Counted from the stretch's first letter, positions 50,829 through 63,367 are shown. The stretch: DNA of 64,000 nt from Selaginella moellendorffii (GCF_000143415.4 NW_003314368.1:330792-394791), one strand, 5' to 3'. Translations and numbers: made by a program. Notes: generated by a model from the sequence alone, not told the origin.

Positions 50829-51000
50829 ACAACGATTGAAAACTCGACGAACGATTTGCGATGGCTACGAAAAAATCCCGTAAGAGAAATCTCAAGCGAT
50901 GTCTTTGTCTGCATTATATTTTCCAGGAAGAAAAACTGGTTTTTTCCTCTCCCACGCGGTCCCCTCTCTTTATTCGAGCAAACGTACCACTCGGGAGCTG

Positions 51001-51387
51001 TTAGTGGCGCTTGAGATCGTTCTCCAGCTTGTCCAGAAACTCGGGCTCCACAAATCCCTCCTTGCGCATGCGGATAATCGCCTGCCTGCGCGCCCAGTGA
51101 TCGATCCGAGTGTCGGGCTTGGAGCTAAGCCCAACCGTGAGCATGATAATCGCGATCGTCCAGGCGGTGTAATAGGGAAACTCCCAATCCTCCCATTTGC
51201 GCCGCTGCCCCGGCGGCGGCGGCGTCTCGTTGAAGAGCCGCCCACACGGCTCGCGATCCCCCGGCCCCCACCATTCCTTGATCGATTCCCATTCGCTCTT
51301 CTCGGCGTGAGCGGCGCCACCGCCGCGCAGCCGCGAGCTGCCTAGCGCTCTTCGCAGCGCGCCACCAGCGGCCATAGCCCTCCACAT
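51001..51387 (-). CDS. NDUFB11: NADH:ubiquinone oxidoreductase ESSS subunit (complex I)
   Basis: Mitochondrial presequence-like start; GRLFNETPPPPGQRRKWEDWEFPYY, TM helix, KPDTRIDHWA. Confidence 0.9.
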   Translation of the reverse strand: MWRAMAAGGALRRALGSSRLRGGGAAHAEKSEWESIKEWWGPGDREPCGRLFNETPPPPGQRRKWEDWEFPYYTAWTIAIIMLTVGLSSKPDTRIDHWARRQAIIRMRKEGFVEPEFLDKLENDLKRH

Positions 51388-51586
51388 CCCTGCTTCCTTC
51401 TGCCCTACCCAATTGGAATCTTTCCGAGATGCTTTCCAGGGGATGCTTTTCATGGAATGTAGGTGCCACGTCTGCCCTATGGCACAGATTACTTTGCCCT
51501 TGTGGCATAAATTACTTTGCCCTACTAGTGTTCTTCTCGGCGATGAAGCTTCTGGCACAGATTACTTTCCCCTAGTTTTCTCGGCG

Positions 51587-52678
51587 ATGGCGGGATGGGC
51601 CAGGCGCGCCGACGTGATCAAGCAATTTATCGCGATGGGAAGGATCGCGCATCTCAAGAATAGCAGCAATGGAGCGGAGATTTTCCTGGTGGGCACCGCA
51701 CACGTTTCAGCCAAGAGCGCCGAGGAAGTGGAAGAGGTAGGGATTTGTCCTTCCTCGAGAGGATTCTTACTTTTCTTCTTCGTAGGTGATTGGAATCGTC
51801 AAGCCTGACATCGTCGCGGTAAATAATCTTTCGATGCTAGAGCTCTAGTTCTTTTTTTTTTTTGTTTTCTAGGTGGAACTGTGTGAAGAAAGAGCCAAGA
51901 AGCTACTAGCTGGGTACCATGATACTAGCTTGTTCCAGAAAGTCCAGGAATTCATGAAGTTTCCGGGAGGATTGAAGCAGAAAGTAGTCCATTTGGCATT
52001 GAGCGCATCTTATCAGGCGATGCGCGAGGCTGGTCTAGAACCTGGCAAGGAGTTTAAGGTGATTCTCCTCCATTTTTTTTTCTTGGTGGCTACAAGTTTG
52101 TAGCATTTGATCTTAACATCAGGTAGCCATGGAGGAGGCTAAGGCGAGACGAGCTGGCATTTTGCTCATAGATCAAAGATATGATGTAAGACCTTTAAGA
52201 TCATGCGCATACTGTAAGATATTGATTCTTCTTATATATTTTTGTTTCCTGTGATTTTGTCAAGCGGCTGACAAGGACCTTTCGCTTTGTTTCTGCAGGT
52301 GACTATTTCAAAGCTTACAAAGGCGATCAGGATACGGGATGTCATAAACTTGCTTGGGATTGCCGGGGCGGACATGGAGCAGATTGTGGAAGGACTGAGC
52401 AGCGGAAACCTGATCGAGAGCATTGAAAAGCTAAAGCGAAGAGATGCAGTTCGAAAGCTGACGAGCTTCATGGACAGGACCTTTCCAAGTGCTGTAAGTT
52501 TCGTCTCGAGGTTTCATACTTCACGGTAATCTCTGGCTTTTTACAGGTTAGAGTCATGCTTCACGAGCGGGACGAATATATGACACGGCAACTTTTGACT
52601 TGCGAGGGGAAAGTTGTGGGCGTTGTGGGCATGGCTCATATGGATGGCATCGAGCGGAGGTGGAAAAAGGCACAGTAG
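51587..52678 (+). CDS. TraB/TRABD-family protein, multi-exon
   Basis: IFLVGTAHVSAKS, KPDIVA-VELCEER, PGKEFK-VAMEEA, LHERDEYM, VVGVVGMAHMDGIERRW. Confidence 0.9.
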
Positions 52679-52835
52679 GTGCTTTTATTCCTCTAATGAG
52701 TGGCCATTCTGTGGACATCAAGGTTTGTTCCTCTGGTACTTCACATCCGGATTTGTAACTGCGCTTCTCTTACAGAGTGGCGACATGTAGCAGAGCTTCT
52801 GGACGAGTATTTGAATGGACTTGTCAACAGCAAAG

Positions 52836-53984
52836 TCAATGCCTGGTCTGTCCCGGCCTTTGAAGAAGACCTTGGATTATCACCTTCTTCCGGTATTCAG
52901 TAGACGAATAGTCGTGGAGCTCGCCGGTAGAGCTTGACCGAGACCTCGGGACGGTCTGGCCATGGGAACTACCAGCTTCGACCTCGGAAACGGGGGCAGA
53001 AGGACCCGGAGGATCCTCCACAACACCAGCGGCTGTCTCAGATTTCCGACGCATACTTATCCGGGGGAGCAGGAACCAAAAGCAGCTCGTGATGACTATA
53101 GCCTGGACCTGTCCTGCCAAAAGAGCTGCCTGGACAACAAGAAGTACCGCAACAAGTATGGTCAAGTTGCAACCTTTTCCATCTCGTCCCAGCGCTGTCG
53201 CTTGGAGCCTCGTGTTGGTGGCTTGGACGGTCCCGATCACGGTGTGACACCTGAGAAGCTTCTTATTGTCGGGGCGATCTTCCGGAGAAAGGTTTCTTCT
53301 ATTCCTGGAGGGACGGCTCGGGGAGGCAGGGGTGCTATAGGACTGATCTCCTGGCTCAAGAACTGGAGGAAGTGTACCGGGGCTCATTGACGACTTCGAA
53401 GTTAAAGGATCAGGGAGCTGAGAAGTCGAAGCGGAAGAGTCTGCCGCGAGAACGAGTGAAGAAACAGGACCGAGTTGCTCGGTCTTCTTCCTCAATGATG
53501 GTGCCGATGATGATGCTGTAGAGACTGCAGCCCACGTCAAGGAAGCAATGGACTTAACTGCAGCAGCCTTCCACAGGGCCACGGAGACAAGAAGCATCGT
53601 CGTGTTCCTGCTGCTGCTGCTGCTGCTGCTTGGCCTCCAGGATTCGATGAGAAAATCGTCGGCGAGAGCAGCTTGCTCGACAATGCTCAGATCAGATTCT
53701 GACTTGTCCGAGCTGATGAGGACTGGAACTGAAAATCTGGCCGAGGAGGACTTGGCAATGGGATTGTCTGCTGCAAAGGGAAGCGATCTCGCAGTGCTAG
53801 GGACTGTCACGCTCGCCTGCTCGGCTACGACGTCGAATTTCGATGCTGGAGCGTGTGCGAATTTATCCGAACCTTTACTCATCGTCGGCAGGCCGTTCCT
53901 GGACCGCTTCTTCTTCTTGCTACTGCTGCTCTTGCTGCTGCTCCTGCTGCTGCTGCTGCTGAAGCACGACCAGATTGACGACAT
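52836..53984 (-). CDS. Ser-rich membrane protein of unknown function with C-terminal (S/T)EYRKKVIIQGLLQR motif
   Basis: Long intronless ORF (open from 54098); likely start MSSIWSCF; hydrophobic LVAVLLVVQAALLAGQVQAIVITSCFWFLLP. The terminal motif resembles a conserved plant-specific family. Confidence 0.7.
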   Translation of the reverse strand: MSSIWSCFSSSSSRSSSKSSSSKKKKRSRNGLPTMSKGSDKFAHAPASKFDVVAEQASVTVPSTARSLPFAADNPIAKSSSARFSVPVLISSDKSESDLSIVEQAALADDFLIESWRPSSSSSSSRNTTMLLVSVALWKAAAVKSIASLTWAAVSTASSSAPSLRKKTEQLGPVSSLVLAADSSASTSQLPDPLTSKSSMSPGTLPPVLEPGDQSYSTPASPSRPSRNRRNLSPEDRPDNKKLLRCHTVIGTVQATNTRLQATALGRDGKGCNLTILVAVLLVVQAALLAGQVQAIVITSCFWFLLPRISMRRKSETAAGVVEDPPGPSAPVSEVEAGSSHGQTVPRSRSSSTGELHDYSSTEYRKKVIIQGLLQRPGQTRH

Positions 53985-54557
53985 TCCTCCCTCCTCCACT
54001 GTAAGCCTTTCCAGTTTTCTCAGGGATTTGCTGATATGCATACATGGCCTTTGCAACTTGCGCACAGCAAAAGAGAGGAAATGGAGTACATCCAGCACAA
54101 GAAAGTTGCCATGCTCCTGACTTGTGAGAAGACACGGAGAAGAATGGACTGACTAGCTCAAGTCAAGGTACTATGCCTTTATATGTGCGCTAAACTAAAA
54201 CAAAGCTTGAGTTTTCTTCTACTTCTTCCAGGCACACCTTAGCTACAGAATGAATGACATAGTCCATTGCTATAGTCGCTCCATGTCATAAAATTGGGCC
54301 GAGTTGTGCGCTCCACTCGACCTGGCTCACGGGTAGACTTCCACAAATATGTGAAGAACACTGTTAGCTAGAAAGGATTGATTGTTTCAGTGTTTATAAG
54401 TGTTATATTTCACTTTCCAGCTTGCAACTCTAGATCACAATATCTCAGCAGGAACAACATAATTCGAAATCTTGGAACGTTCAAAAGGGAATATAATTTT
54501 CCCCCTCATTTTTGTTATGTTAAATGTAGATGTTCTCAGAAAGATAAATAATATTGT

Positions 54558-54704
54558 TGTGAAGTCTATAGTGGGATTTTGGTAGCCGTTGGATTAGTTT
54601 CAATCTAGACCATTTGTTATCCTTGGAAACTTTCTTCTCGTGAGAAATCAAGTTAAGATTTTTGAATTAATTTATATGTATATTTCTGTATTCCTGCACT
54701 TATA
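54558..54704 (+). mobile_element. Degenerate solo LTR of the same gypsy family
   Basis: TGTGAAGTC...GTGGGATTTTGGTAGCCGTTGGATTAGTTTCAATCTAGACCA...GCACTTATA matches the LTRs; flanks TTGT/CTGT are a near 4-bp TSD. Confidence 0.7.
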
Positions 54705-54905
54705 CTGTTAAAAATAAATTTTTTAATAATTTATTAATTTAAATCGATGCTTTTGAAAACAAACAATGTCATCCTTTGAAAATGCATATGATTTATATTA
54801 AATTTTGTGGTGCCATCTAGAAGCATAAGATCCCAGCTCAATATATACTTACTTTATCACAGGTAAGAGGTTCTTGTCCACAAAGGTAATAATAATATAT
54901 GTGAT

Positions 54906-57005
54906 CTAACTGTTGTTAATGGTATAGACATTGGAGAGCATCACATATGCCGTGTGATCGCTGGGCTCGATCACAGCCACCTCCCCAGCCGCCACTCCAG
55001 CAATCTCCACACCACTACTGTGAACTCTACACGCGCCCAGCAAGCTCCTCCAGGACGCTGCGTTTGGGAAGAATGGCATTGCCTGGAGGAGCTCCTGGAC
55101 ATCCCCAATCCTCCCAGATCGACCCAGCAGATCCGCCATGCATTCGTAATGCTCGATCCCGGGAACCACTCTGCAATCGCCCACCACGAGAGCGAAGTAG
55201 CTGTGGAAGCTCTCGATCATCCCCGCGTGGCCGCACGCCGTGAGCACGGCCGTGAGTGTGATCCCGTTTGGATCGAAGCCGTGGAGGAGCATCTCGTGGA
55301 AGAGGTGGATCGAGAGGTTGCCGGCGCTGGAGCGAGCAGAGGCGACGATGATCGCGTTCCAGGTGATGGCGTCGATGGATCCGCCGCCGCCGCGATCGCG
55401 ATCTTGGAGTGCGCTCTGGAAGACGCGCATCGCATCGAGCAGGCTACCGCATTTGGAGTACATCCTCACCAGAGAATTCAGCAGCACGGTGTCGGATTCC
55501 ATCCCTCGATCGATGATCGTGGCGTGGATCTCTCGCCCGCGATCCAGCGATTCCAAGCTCGCGCACGCGCCCAAGAGGATCGAGAGCGTGAAGGCCGTGG
55601 TCTCGATCGGGGGCGAGGTTTGACTCGCCATCGCGCGGTAGAGCTCGATCGCGTCTTGGGCGCGCTCGTGCTGGACGTAGCCAGCGATCATCGCGTTCCA
55701 CACCACCGCGGATCGCGATTGCTCCTCGGCGCGATCGAAGGCTTCTCTCGCCTCGTCCAGGGATCCACACTTGGAGTACATGCTGATGAGCGATCCCAGC
55801 ACGGAGCTCTCCATCATCGATGATCCACTGCGCTTCTTTCTCGCGAGGATCCTCGCGTGGATAGCCCTGCCCTGATCGATCGCTCCGGTGTTGGCACACG
55901 CCATGAGCACGATCGAGTAAGTGTAGCCATCGGGCTCGAGATCCTCGCGGCCGTGGCTATCGATCGAGAGGAGCAGCGATTGGAAGAGCTCCAGCGCTTC
56001 CTTGCAACGCCCGTGATGCGTGTAGGCCGCGATGATCGCCGTCCACGCGAAGATCGTGATGGAGCACCGCGGCGCTCGATCAAACACGAGCCTTGCTTCG
56101 TCCAGGCTCTGGCACCGCCCAAATGCCGCTATGAGGGAAGTGGTGGCATCGCTGGACTGGATCCCACTCTCAAGGAATCGCAAGTGGATGGATCGAACGA
56201 GAGAGAGGGAAGAACAAGCGCCAAGAACACTCACAAACGTCGCCTCGCTGGGATCCAGCCCTTGCGCGGTCATCTCCAGATAGAGCAAGATCGCCTCGCG
56301 CAAATGCCCATTCTGGGCAAATGCTGCGATCATCGCGTTCCAAGCGATGGAATCTCTCTGGCGCATCGAATCAAAGACGATCTTTGCCTCTCCAACGCAG
56401 CCACACTTGGCATACATGTTGATGATCGCGGTGTCAAGGATCACATCCCGGATCGATCGATCGTGGCAGCGCGCGTGGATTGCCCGCCCGCTGGCCAAAT
56501 CCCCCAAGCTCGAGCACGCCGCCAGCGCAATCGTGTAGACGAAAGCATCCGGTTCGATCGATCGATAGGAGGGCTCTTCTCTCTTCTCGAGGCAGTGGTA
56601 GAGATCCAGCGCGCGATCGAATCGCCCGCGCTGGACGTAGCCGCCCATCATGGTCGTCCACGAGAAGAGATTGCGGTGGGCGAGGCCATCGAAGATCGAT
56701 CGCGCGCGATCGAGGTCGCCGCAGCGAGCGTAGAGCTGGAGGAGAAGATTGCCCAAGAAGGGCGCGGTGGGCGCGGCGCGAGGATCCTTCTCTTTGGCGG
56801 CGAGGATGTGAGCGTGGATTTGCCTGCCATGGCCAAGCGCCTTGCGAGCAATGCATTGCTTGAGCAAGGAAGCGTAAGTGGCAGCGCTCACTCTGGAAGA
56901 TCTTTCCAGTTCTTCCATAGCCATCGTTTGCTCGGTTCCATTTAGAACCACACGCTGTGCTCCCGACCGGCAATTCCTTAGTACTTGCGTCCATAGCTCC
57001 ACCAT
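54906..57005 (-). CDS. PLS-class PPR protein with truncated E domain, intronless
   Basis: LISMYSKCGSLDEA, WNAMIAGY, LLGACASLESLDRGREIH, HYECMADLLGRSG, MPFFPNAASWRSLLGACRVH, AYVMLSNVY. Confidence 0.95.
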   Translation of the reverse strand: MVELWTQVLRNCRSGAQRVVLNGTEQTMAMEELERSSRVSAATYASLLKQCIARKALGHGRQIHAHILAAKEKDPRAAPTAPFLGNLLLQLYARCGDLDRARSIFDGLAHRNLFSWTTMMGGYVQRGRFDRALDLYHCLEKREEPSYRSIEPDAFVYTIALAACSSLGDLASGRAIHARCHDRSIRDVILDTAIINMYAKCGCVGEAKIVFDSMRQRDSIAWNAMIAAFAQNGHLREAILLYLEMTAQGLDPSEATFVSVLGACSSLSLVRSIHLRFLESGIQSSDATTSLIAAFGRCQSLDEARLVFDRAPRCSITIFAWTAIIAAYTHHGRCKEALELFQSLLLSIDSHGREDLEPDGYTYSIVLMACANTGAIDQGRAIHARILARKKRSGSSMMESSVLGSLISMYSKCGSLDEAREAFDRAEEQSRSAVVWNAMIAGYVQHERAQDAIELYRAMASQTSPPIETTAFTLSILLGACASLESLDRGREIHATIIDRGMESDTVLLNSLVRMYSKCGSLLDAMRVFQSALQDRDRGGGGSIDAITWNAIIVASARSSAGNLSIHLFHEMLLHGFDPNGITLTAVLTACGHAGMIESFHSYFALVVGDCRVVPGIEHYECMADLLGRSGRIGDVQELLQAMPFFPNAASWRSLLGACRVHSSGVEIAGVAAGEVAVIEPSDHTAYVMLSNVYTINNS

Positions 57006-57241
57006 CACCCTCCTCCTTTCCTTCTCCTCCAAAACTCCATAGCTACAACCTCTTCAAGCTTTTTCGAAAGCTCCATAGCTCCAAGCTCTCTTCTTCTCTT
57101 TAAGACTTTTACGATCATCCAAAGTTCTTCGATCATTATACTTCTCTTGTAGCCTACAACCGAGAGAAAACTTTGCAAGTTCTCGTAGTGGAACGAACTT
57201 CTTGCGAGTAAGGAAAGAGCGATCGATCTTAGAAGCTAAGT

Positions 57242-58603
57242 TCACGTAGAAACGCTAGAAGTACCCGATGTGTATTGCTCGAGAAAGAGCTGGATCACCC
57301 TCCAGTAGCGATCGCCGCCTCTCAACCACGTATCCATATGCATTCCAGTTGGGAAGTCCACGAACACGCGCTTGTCGTTGTGACGAGCAGCGTCGAAGAG
57401 CTGCCTCATGTGTAGCGGCGGAACCATCTCGTCTCGCAAGCCGGACAGGAATAAGAGAGGCTCACGGATCTGGAAGAACCAAGTGAGCAAACAGAGAAAG
57501 ATTTACGCGATAGATAGAATAAACCAACCTTGCTGACGAGCTCGTAAGTGTTCCATGGCGATCGCACCAGACAATTCATGAGCTTGATGCCCTTGGCTTC
57601 CGTGCCACCGATGACCCACTTGAGCGCTGGAAGTAGAATCCCGGCCATGTCCAGCACGGACGTGAAAGTGTTCTCGAGGATCAAGGCGGAGACCTGTTCA
57701 GAATCTCGGCTAAATCATCGAGGAAAAAAAAAGCAACACTTACTTTGCCGGGATTGTTCTTCACGAGTGCGGCACCGACGGCCCCTCCCAGCGATCTCCC
57801 AAACACGACGATTCTCGACGTATCAATGTCTTTTCTCTGCAAAAGATAGTCCAGCGCTGCCTGGAAAAGAGAATGCCGCTTTTGTGTTGGAGTGAACTGT
57901 GCTTGGTGTTTGTTTACCTGAGCATCCAGCACGATTCCCTTTTGCGTTGGCCGTCCATCGCTTGCGCCATAGCTGATCATCACAAAAGCTTGTCAAAACC
58001 AACATCATAGAAACGAGAAAAAGAAAGAGAGGAAGAACTCACCCCCGATAAGAGAGCATGAAAACGTTGCATTTCAGTCGAGCCATCATCACTTGGACGA
58101 ACTCAAGCCTGTGAGCAATGTCTGCTTGCAAGAAAATTCCAAAGGCACCAAAACTAAGCACAAGGGGAAAGGAAAAAAACCAAAAAAAAAAAACGAAGAA
58201 CAAAGAAAGAACTCAAACGAAGGAGAAAGAAAATGCTTTCATACTTCCGGCATTCTCCTGGAAGAAGAGCACAGTCGGAGCTGCCAAGACAAAGAACATT
58301 AAAACTCCACCGAAATATCCAAATCTCTCCATTTCTCGATCGATCGATCGATCTCCTACCTTTGAGGCTGAGAGATGGATTCGAGAGCTTGACGAACCAG
58401 CTGTGGAGGCGGATCCCATCCAGCGATGTGAGCCAGATGTCCTCGTAGGCGAGATTGAGGCGCGCGGGAGTGATTGGATAGCCCTTGGACAGGCCGGGGA
58501 TGACTGGGACGTAGACGAGCCTCTCCTGGAAGACGACGAGCAGTACGACGCAGGTACACACCACGCCCCCCGCGCCATACAGCAGTCCGCTTACCCAGTT
58601 CAT
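57242..58603 (-). CDS. WAV2: BEM46/ABHD13-like alpha/beta hydrolase (WAVY GROWTH 2 homologue), multi-exon
   Basis: FQERLVYVP, YEDIWLTSLDGIRLHSWF, FFQENAG, FGRSLGGAV, ILENTFTS, GLRDEMVPP, GMHMDTW. Confidence 0.92.
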
Positions 58604-58865
58604 CGCCCAGCCCAAGAACCCTAATTCTCCACCTCTTTCTCCCCTTCCATTCTGGAATATTTCATGGCAAAAAGAAAGTATAAAAACTTCCAAATTTAGA
58701 CCATCTTTCATCTTTACAAAATGGAAATTTTTTGCTTGGAAGCCTTTAGAGTTTCCAAAGTTCTTCGATCAAGTATGAGAGCTCTTTCGTCTCGATCGAG
58801 TTCCATAGCTTCCTTGTCTGGGGGATCGAGAGGAAATCGCCCAAGAACGAGACGAGCTTGGATCC

Positions 58866-60084
58866 TTAGAGATAGAGCTGGATGAGCTCGTCGCTTACAG
58901 CCGATGGCGTCAACACTCCCAGATCCGTGAAGAGCAGCGTCAAGTAGTGAGGAGGGGTGTAGTCTCTGGCCGGGTTACTCGATTCTTCCTGGCCCGTGGA
59001 GATTGATAGATCCTGTTGATCCAGAGGATAGAGCCGCGCAAACTGCAAGAAACTCACTCAGTGAAGGGAAAGAGAGCTTTGCTCTTTACCTTGAAGCTCT
59101 CGGCAGCGACGTAGAATGGACGTTTCATGCTGTGAGCGATCAAGGCGACTTGGAAAGTCCCGATGACGTTGATGATCCCACCGCTTTCCACTACGCCATC
59201 GGCTCCGACCAGCACCATGTCCACTCTGTCCATGGTGTAAGCCACCGCCGAGTCGACGATCACGGTCACTGGGATCCCGGCGGCGCTAAGTTTCTTCGAG
59301 ACCTCCATGCCAGTCTTCTTTGGCCCGCCTTCTACAACAAAAGCACAAGAGCCCTTTAGAATTCCTCCAATGTTCTCGGAAGAACACACTAGCTTATGGA
59401 AGAACCATCCGAAAGATCTATAGTACTTATAGAATCTAAAGTAGTTGTCGAAAGAACTAGGAACTCCTGGGAAGAAAAGAAACACTACCTGTGACTATGA
59501 CTGTGAAGTTCTTGCCGTTGTTAGCAGCGAGCTTGAGGAGCGCGAGGACGACGCGAGACGATCCATGGACGAGGATGCAGCAACCATCTTGGACGAAATC
59601 CTGGCCAAGAAGAGCGATCGTCTCGCGAGCCTGCATTGCAACTGTGAGCTCGCTTGATCGATCGTTCACAGCACAGATGCAACCAATGCACTGACAAACC
59701 TTGAGAGAAATGTCGCCAAATCTTTCGCCCCGCTCAATCAATCGCGACTTGCCGGCATTGATATCCTCGTACTCGAGCGCCGAGGTTCTCGTCACGTAGC
59801 GCATGAAGAGATCGCAGCCGGCGGACAAGGAGATCGAGCTCCTGTCCCACGCCTGGAGTGAAGATCCAGCTAAGTGAAGTGAGCTACGCGGGAGGAAGCA
59901 AGAAAACCTTGAGCATCTCGGAGGCGTTCTTGAGCTCGATCTCGAGGCCCATCATGGTGCTGGCTTGGCTGCGCTGGATGACCGCCGTGAGCGCCTTGAT
60001 CGCCGCCACCGCCTCCGCCAGCTCTGGCCGCTGCCGCCATCGATTGAAATCGCCAATCACTTGCTCCTCCTCCTCCATTCCCAT
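58866..60084 (-). CDS. EIF2B1: Translation initiation factor eIF2B subunit alpha, multi-exon
   Basis: [83 protein letters not shown]. Confidence 0.93.
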
Positions 60085-60122
60085 AAACCCTAAAACTGTA
60101 AACTAGAGATCCATTGAAAGAG

Positions 60123-60205
60123 CAAGTGAGTTACTTGCTTCGTTCTTAGAGCTATCGCGAAGAACAAGTGAGTTACTTGCTTCGTTCTTAGAGCTATCGC
60201 GAAGA
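60123..60205. repeat. Two-copy tandem repeat with 42-bp period, just upstream of eIF2B-alpha
   Basis: CAAGTGAGTTACTTGCTTCGTTCTTAGAGCTATCGCGAAGA at 60123 and 60165. Confidence 0.95.
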
Positions 60206-60220
60206 TCTTTACTTTGGATC

Positions 60221-63200
60221 TCACGAGTCTTGTGTCCAGTAGCTTGAGAGACAGGACGAAGCTGGGGTGTCCACGATCGACACCCATTCCCAGTTGGATC
60301 CATCTCCGTCTCGCTTGAGCTCCGCTAGCTGCAAAGATCACACAAACATCTCGATCATCTCCCCCAGAAAACTTCAAGAAAAACACGTACTCTGCCATCT
60401 CTCAAGACGAACGCTACCGTGTCTTTGCTCGAGGCCACCGGACGCACCGAATCGATCTGCAAAAGAAAAGAGCAAGGAATTCCTTGTAGAGTGGAGCGAG
60501 ATCGATCAGCTTACCGTAGTATCGCACTCGCCCTCAAACGAAACCAGTAAGTCAGCCGCATTCCCTGTCTTTGAATCTTCCACCACGAAGACATGCCTCT
60601 TCTCGTCACTTTCACCCGCAAGAGGATGCCCAAAGTCCCGCCATCTCCATTTTCCACCAGAAAGCTGCCTTGCGTGCACTCTTCCAGTCGAAGAAACCAC
60701 GAAAACGCTGCCATCTTCGTCCATGCACGGGCCGGGTGAGGTTGCGACGTAGCTGTTTGGTGCTGGAGTGCCGTGATCTGACCAAAACCATCCATTTGCT
60801 GAATCCCAGCCGAACTCCACCAAGTTTCCATTCTCGGAGCGCATGAACAGGGATCCGGAGGTGCTGAGGAAGCTGGGCCTGTAAACCACGCCTGGAATCG
60901 GTGAAAGCCGGAGCTGTGTAGGCTGCTGCTGGTAAGTGTGCCAGAAGCTTGTTACCCGATTGAACTGGTACAGCTTCCCGTTTGTGCCAATCACAAAAAT
61001 GACTCGGTATCTGAAGACCTCCTGGTCGACAATTGCAGCAACCGGAGTATCTGGAGGGTGACCGCAATTCTTCCAGCTAAAAGCTCGAAACGCTACCTGG
61101 AAACAAACTGTTAACGCACGCACTAAAGCTTGAGAAATACGTGCTTACGATGAATTCGAGCAAGTCTCCACCGGGAGAAATATAAAACTGCGCATCTGTT
61201 CTTACGTCGCCGAAATGGCCGTCCCAGGGACTACCAGAGATAACTGTCGAGCCCCCCACGAGAGCCGAGCAATTGAGCCACTGTAAAGCGTTGCCATTCC
61301 ACTCTCGCATAAGCAAGCTTCCATGGAAGTCCGTCACAAAAACGCTGGCATTGTAAACTCCCAATACCGCACGAATCTGGAAGGCAAAGTCGTGCCGCAG
61401 CCACAGCCAGACCTTGCCGTTGAAGAACCGCTCTGCTGCCGCACCATCTCGTCCAACGAAAAAGATGGACTTTCCGAAAAGAAGTGCCCTTGCCCGGAAG
61501 AGGTCACCACCTTTTCCTATTCGAAACCATTCCTGTACCGTAGAACCACCATGAAAAATACCCTGCTGCTGCTCCCTGTGATCACCTGTGAAGTCACTAC
61601 TTCTGTCCATAATGCCTTCCAAGCAGTTTGAAGGTCCAAGTGACGTCGAGCAGTAGTCGGAGTTCCCACCCTCACTCTCCGGGGCCTCAAACACCGACCA
61701 TACGTAGCCTCCATCCCGTTTTTTCGCCAAGCTCGAACGGGATATCGGTCCTACACTGGTACCTCCAAAGCCGTCTAGATGTAACTCACCAAGCCGTCCA
61801 TCTTGAAGTGTAAAGAAGATCCTCTCCAGGCTCAAAGCTACGCCGGGAACTGAAACCATCACGGGTGCATCGGCTGGCCGACCGTGATCTGTCCATGTTC
61901 CGTTCTGCAGAGCGCCGGTGGTGCTTTTTATATTTCCTGCAATGTTCTTTCGAAGTTCAAAACTCAAAGAATGAAATAAGAGTCCTGGAAAAGAACCTTG
62001 TACCGTGTAGGAACGGCAGGTTGTACTCGTAGACCACACCATGCTCCGACACTAAAAAGAACGAGAGATTCTTGGTGTTTCCATTCTTCACAGTAAACAC
62101 AGGCCCTAGAGACAAGCTTAGGCGAGCATTCGGCGGCTTTGCATGCAGCACCCAGCGCCATTTTGCTTGAGCAAGTCGTCTTTCCACCAAAAGTCCGTTC
62201 TGCAAAAGAATGATCTCAGTTTTCAGCGAAATAATCGAGGTTTAGCGTCTATATACCTTTGTCAAGAGAAAAATAGAGAAAGTGCGGCTCCCTGCAAAAT
62301 CACGAGCTGAAAATCCACTTACGGGTGCCAACTCGTAGTCTTCAACAGATGAGCCGTCTCGAATGTGCTTTCTCCAAGCGGGCTTCGCGTTTGCATCGTA
62401 TTCATAGAGGTCGCCATTTGTGCTGAAACGGAAAACCTGTTTCATCTGAAACCGACAAATATCTGGCTACCTGACAGTAAAAATTACCCCGGCTCTAAAA
62501 CCTCCAGCATCGACTACATGGCCTACATCTCCCCCACGAGGATGACCATGGTTTGTCCACCTATATTGAAAGTTACAAAATCAAAAATCAAAAACGCAAA
62601 TATCAGTCCTGGTAGCGTACCTTACAGGATTGAGGGACCATAATTCTGCTAGCCAACCGTCTGATGCAGTGAAGAACAGAGAGCTTCCATCACTAGACAA
62701 AAATGCAGACTTTTTTAGAAATATGCTGCTTGATTCCGTAGAGGGCGTTGAAGACGGCCAGGGCCCCGAGCTTGCCCAGTGAAGATGTCCTTCTGCATCT
62801 ATCTGAAGCTGCCAAGCACCGAACAAACTCTTAGAACATAGTAATGATAAAAAGCGTAGGACACGATCAAACCTGGTACAATCTTCCAGAATCGGAGAGA
62901 GTTAGCATAGTTCGGTTGACAGAGTAAACGCCAGTTCCATACCCTGCTGAGTCCGGTAAATCATGTGGAATGATCACCCACTGGACTCCATTCCATAGCC
63001 TCTCGTAAATAGACCCGCTGTGGCCACTGCTCCAGAGAGATACTTCAGTAAATTTTATCAGGGAGACCCTTCCACTGTAAGGATGAATAAACTCAGTCTC
63101 CGTATCTGTTGCTGCCCCCTTGATTTCTCCGTTGTTGTCCCTTGGATTCTTTCTAGTAAACTTACTGATATCCACTTTCAACCAAGCGCCAGAAGCTCGA

Positions 63201-63367
63201 TCGTAAGTCCAGAATTCAGTAGCGTGCTGCTCGAATTCAGAGTGGCCAGGGGTCAGCACTGAAGATACTTCGAAGTACTGTGGCGAGAATTTCTGAGAGC
63301 TGCAGACAGATGTCTGGTATGCTATAAACAACAACCATATCAGCCTTAGACATGAAAAAACTCCCAT
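60221..63367 (-). CDS. Secreted Trp-rich multi-repeat beta-propeller protein (lectin-like), multi-exon
   Basis: Signal peptide; about a dozen repeats of F..G.L.E..W....W.W..HG.P (WTDHGRP, WKNCGHP, WFWSDHGTP, WRWRDFGHP, WRWVLHAKP). Confidence 0.8.
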
